From: Eledone cirrhosa
Taxonomy: Eukaryota
DNA: 64,000 bases
Direction: 5' to 3'
NCBI GenBank assembly: GCA_964016885.1
Contig: OZ024740.1
Coordinates: 318,246,001-318,310,000, forward strand
The notes beneath the pieces are model-generated. The model was not told where the DNA came from. It saw only the letters and a list, made by a program, of their open reading frames with translations, and did not search any database. Positions within the stretch are counted from its first letter, which is position 1. Each line of letters begins with the position of its first letter. Made by a program: the position numbers and the translations under genes. Below are positions 59,401-64,000 of this stretch, one piece after another.

Positions 59401-62400
59401 TGACATTCTAACGACTCTACCAATTCGCTGTATTTCTACTACAATACTCACATCAAATAATCCAGGATTGTCTCGTCTATTTCCACAACATACATTCTAT
59501 CTGATATTCTAACGACTCTACCAATTCGCTGTCTTTCTACTACAATACTCAACAAATAATCCAGGATTGTCTCTTCTATTTCCACAACATACATTCTATC
59601 TAACATTCTAACAACTCCACCAATTCGAAGTCTTTCTACTACAATACTCACAACAAATAATCCAGGATTGTCTCGTCTATTTACACAACTTGCATTCTAT
59701 CTGATATTCTAACGACTCTACCAATTCGAAGTCTTTCTACTACAATACTAACAACAAATAATCCAGGATTGTCTCGTCTATTTCCACAACTTACGTTCTA
59801 TCTGACATTCTAACAACTCTACCAATTCTAAGTCTTTCTACTACAATACTCACAACAAATAATACACGATAGGCTCGTCTATTTCCACAACTTACATTCT
59901 ATCTGACATTCTAACGACTCTACCAATTCGCTGTATTTCTACTACAATACTCACATCAAATAATCCAGGATTGTCTCGTCTATTTCCACAACATACATTC
60001 TATCTGACATTCTAACGACTCTACCAATTCGCTGTCTTTCTACTACAATACTCAACAAATAATCCAGGACTGTCTCGTCTATTTCCACAACTTACGTTCT
60101 ATCTGACATTCTAAAGACTCTAACAATTCGAAGTCTTTCTACTACAATACTCAGAAAAAATAATCCAGGTTTGTCTCGTCTATTTCCACAACTTACATTC
60201 TATCTAACATTCTAAAGACTCTACCAATTCGAAGCCTTTTTACTACATTACTCACAACAAATAATTCAGGATTGCCCCGTCTATTTCCACAACTTACATT
60301 CTACCTGACATTCTAACGACTCTACCAATTCGCTGTCTTTCTACTACAATACTCACAACAAATAATCCAGGATTGTCTCGTCTATTTCCACAACTTACAT
60401 TCTATCTGATATTCTAACGACTCTACCAATTCGAAGTCTTTCTACTACAATACTAACAACAAATAATCCAGGATTGTCTCTTCTATTTCCACAACTTACA
60501 TTCTATCTGATATTCTAACGACTCTACCAATTCGAATCTTTCTACTACAATACTCACAACAAATAATACAGGATTGGCTCGTCTATTTCCACAACTTACA
60601 TTCTATCTGACATTCTAACGACTCTACCAATTCGCTGTATTTCTACTACAATACTCACAACAAATAATCCAGCACTGTTTCGTCTATTTCCACAACTCAC
60701 ATTCTATCTGACATTCTAACGACTCTACCAATTCGAAGTCTTTCTACTACAATACTCACAACAAATAATCCAGGAATATCTCGTCTATTTCCACAACTTA
60801 CATTCTATCTGACATTGAAACGACTCTATCAATTCGAAGTCTTTCTACTACAATACTAACTTCAAATAATCCAGGATTGTCTCGTCTATTTCCACAACTT
60901 ACATTCTATCTGACATTCTAACGACTCTACCAATTCGAAGTCTTTCTACTACAATACTAATAAAAATAATCTAGGATTGTCTCGTCTATTTCCACAACTT
61001 ACATTCTATCTGACATTCTAACGACTCTACCAATTCGCTGTCTTTCTACTACAATACTCACAACAAATAATCCAGGATTGTCTCGTCTATTTCCAAAACT
61101 TACATTCTATCTGCCATTCTAACGACTCTACCAATTCGCTGTATTTCTACTACAATACTCACAACAAATAATCCAGCACTGTTTCGTCTATTTCCACAAC
61201 TCACATTCTATCTGACATTCTAACGACTCTACCAATTCGAAGTCTTTCTACTACAATACTCACAACAAATAATCCAGGAATATCTCGTCTATTTCCACAA
61301 CTTACATTCTATCTGACATTGAAACGACTCTATCAATTCGAAGTCTTTCTACTACAATACTAACTTCAAATAATCCAGGATTGTCTCGTCTATTTCCACA
61401 ACTTACATTCTATCTGACATTCTAACGACTCTACCAATTCGAAGTCTTTCTACTACAATACTAATAAAAATAATCTAGGATTGTCTCGTCTATTTCCACA
61501 ACTTACATTCTATCTGACATTGAAACGACTCTATCAATTCGAAGTCTTTCTACTACAATGCTAACTTCAAATAATCCAGGATTGTCTCGTCTATTTCCAC
61601 AACTTACTTTCTATCTGACATTCTAACGACTCTACCAATTCGAAGCCTTTCTACTACAATACTAATAAAAATAATCTAGGATTGTCTCGTCTATTTCCAC
61701 AACTTACATTCTATCTGACATTCTAACGACTCTACCAATTCGCTGTCTTTCTACTACAATACTCACAACAAATAATCCAGGATTGGCTCGTCTATTTCTA
61801 AAACTTACATTCTATCTGACATTCTAACGACTCTACCAATTCGAAGTTTTTCTACTACAATACTAACAACAAATAATCCAGGATTGTCTCGTCTATTTCC
61901 ACAACTTACATTCTATCTGACATTCTAACGACTCAACGAATTCGCTGTATTTCTACTACAATACTCACAACAAATAATCCAGGATTGTCTCGTCTATTTC
62001 CATAACATACATTCTATCTGACATTCTAACGACTCTACCAATTCGCTGTCTTTCTACTACAATACTCAACAAATAATCCAGGACTGTCTCGTCTATTTCC
62101 ACAACTTACGTTCTATCTGACATTCTAAAGACTCTAACAATTCGAAGTCTTTCTACTACAATACTCAGAACAAATAATCCAGGTTTGTCTCGTCTATTTC
62201 CACAACTTACATTCTATCTAACATTCTAACGACTCTACCAATTCGAAGTTTTTCTACTACAATACTAACAACAAATAATCCAGGATTGTCTCGTCTATTT
62301 CCACAACTTACATTCTACCTGACAATCTAACGACTCTACCAATTCGCTGTCTTTCTACTACAATACTCAACAAATAATCCAGGACTGTCTCGTCTATTTC

Positions 62401-62900
62401 CACAACATACATTCTATCTGATATTCTAACGACTCTACCAATTCGAAGTCTTTCTACTACAATACTCACAACAAATAATCCAGGATTGTCTCGTCTATTT
62501 ACACAACTTGCATTCTATCTGATATTCTAACGACTCTACCAATTCGAAGTCTTTCTACTACAATACTAACAACAAATAATCCAGGATTGTCTCGTCTATT
62601 TCCACAACTTACGTTCTATCTGACATTCTAACAACTCTACCAATTCTAAGTCTTTCTACTACAATACTCACAACAAATAATACAGGATTGGCTCGTCTAT
62701 TTCCACAACTTACATTCTATCTGACATTCTAACGACTCTACCAATTCGCTGTATTTCTACTACAATACTCACATCAAATAATCCAGGATTGTCTCGTCTA
62801 TTTCCACAACATACATTCTATCTGACATTCTAACGACTCTACCAATTCGCTGTCTTTCTACTACAATACTCAACAAATAATCCAGGACTGTCTCGTCTAT
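56420..62900 (+). repeat. Tandem duplication of a 32/33-monomer block (offset 3220 then 3321 bp)
   Basis: AATACACGATAGG 56641/59861 (+3220). ATTGGCTCGTCTATTTCTAAAAC 58461/61782 (+3321). The 101-bp shift is due to a fused monomer at 56816-56914. Confidence 0.85.
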
Positions 62901-64000
62901 TTCCACAACTTACGTTCTATCTGACATTCTAAAGACTCTAACAATTCGAAGTCTTTCTACTACAATACTCAGAAAAAATAATCCAGGTTTGTCTCGTCTA
63001 TTTCCACAACTTACATTCTATCTAACATTCTAAAGACTCTACCAATTCGAAGCCTTTTTACTACATTACTCACAACAAATAATTCAGGATTGCCCCGTCT
63101 ATTTCCACAACTTACATTCTACCTGACATTCTAACGACTCTACCAATTCGCTGTCTTTCTACTACAATACTCACAACAAATAATCCAGGATTGTCTCGTC
63201 TATTTCCACAACTTACATTCTATCTGATATTCTAACGACTCTACCAATTCGAAGTCTTTCTACTACAATACTAACAACAAATAATCCAGGATTGTCTCTT
63301 CTATTTCCACAACATACATTCTATCTAACATTCTAACAACTCCACCAATTCGAAATCTTTCTACTACAATACTCACAACAAATCATCCAGGATTGTCTCG
63401 TCTATTTCCACAACTTACATTCTATCTGATATTCTAACGACTCTACCAATTCGAAGTCTTTCTACTACAATACTAACAACAAATAATCCAGGATTGTCTC
63501 TTCTATTTCCACAACTTACATTCTATCTGATATTCTAACGACTCTACCAATTCGAATCTTTCTACTACAATACTCACAACAAATAATACAGGATTGGCTC
63601 GTCTATTTCCACAACTTACATTCTATCTGACATTCTAACGACTCTACCAATTCGCTGTATTTCTACTACAATACTCACAACAAATAATCCAGCACTGTTT
63701 CGTCTATTTCCACAACTCACATTCTATCTGACATTCTAACGACTCTACCAATTCGAAGTCTTTCTACTACAATACTCACAACAAATAATCCAGGAATATC
63801 TCGTCTATTTCCACAACTTACATTCTATCTGACATTGAAACGACTCTATCAATTCGAAGTCTTTCTACTACAATACTAACTTCAAATAATCCAGGATTGT
63901 CTCGTCTATTTCCACAACTTACATTCTATCTGACATTCTAACGACTCTACCAATTCGAAGTCTTTCTACTACAATACTAATAAAAATAATCTAGGATTGT

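Larger units (their letters stand above)
1..64000 (+). repeat. Tandem satellite DNA array, 101-bp monomer (99-101-bp variants), ~635 copies, single orientation, extends beyond both window ends
   Basis: CTTTCTACTA starts at 1, 102 and 203 (period 101). The same monomer, with a few substitutions per copy, continues without visible interruption to base 64000. Confidence 0.99.
43400..64000 (+). repeat. Second copy of a large intra-array segmental duplication (first copy starts ~17810)
   Basis: Collinear rare variants: 18101/43694, 18171/43764 and 18311/43904 (+25593); 27841/54747, 27971/54877, 28035/54941 and 28231/55137 (+26906); 31656/61782, 32375/62501 and 33851/63977 (+30126). Confidence 0.8.

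Noticed and set aside
59448-59651. 67-aa ORF as a real CDS
   Set aside because: It is two satellite monomers read on the minus strand from a GTG, open only through a chance combination of variants. There is no gene context and no recognisable domain; the 33-aa period lacks the ankyrin TPLH motif.
1-64000. CRISPR array or repeat-spacer system
   Set aside because: No unique spacers: every part of the 101-bp unit is repeated with only point variants, and there are no cas genes or leader.
1-64000. Giant repeat protein, including under alternative genetic codes
   Set aside because: 101 is not a multiple of 3. Over the 303-bp cycle the + strand has TAA, TGA and TAA, and the - strand has TAA, TGA and six TAG. 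The 1- and 2-bp indel monomers are freely tolerated.
1-64000. Telomeric repeat, 5S rDNA, tRNA or snRNA tandem array
   Set aside because: No TTAGGG/TTTAGGG-type units, no recognisable Pol III boxes or RNA gene sequence, and the G-poor strand has little pairing potential.

Overview
The whole 64 kb window is one uninterrupted head-to-tail tandem satellite array, in a single orientation, of a 101-bp monomer (~635 copies). Consensus: CTTTCTACTACAATACTCACAACAAATAATCCAGGATTGTCTCGTCTATTTCCACAACTTACATTCTATCTGACATTCTAACGACTCTACCAATTCGAAGT (A32 C28 G8 T33, ~36% GC). I saw no genes, RNA genes, transposons, inversions or unique spacers. The single 67-aa ORF is a by-product of repeat variants. The information lies in the order of the monomer variants. 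There is a ~12-monomer (1208-bp) higher-order repeat (HOR) and many nested in-register duplications of 2-33 monomers, clustering at 2.5-3.3 kb. A ~9.3-kb island of a different subfamily (~34.1-43.4 kb) has its own 12/13- and 25-mer HOR. A >=25.6-kb duplication is also visible, with a second copy that starts at ~43.4 kb and runs off the window end. The architecture is most consistent with a eukaryotic centromeric or heterochromatic satellite; organism and function cannot be determined from the sequence. All offsets were read by hand from rare variants, so block boundaries are approximate.
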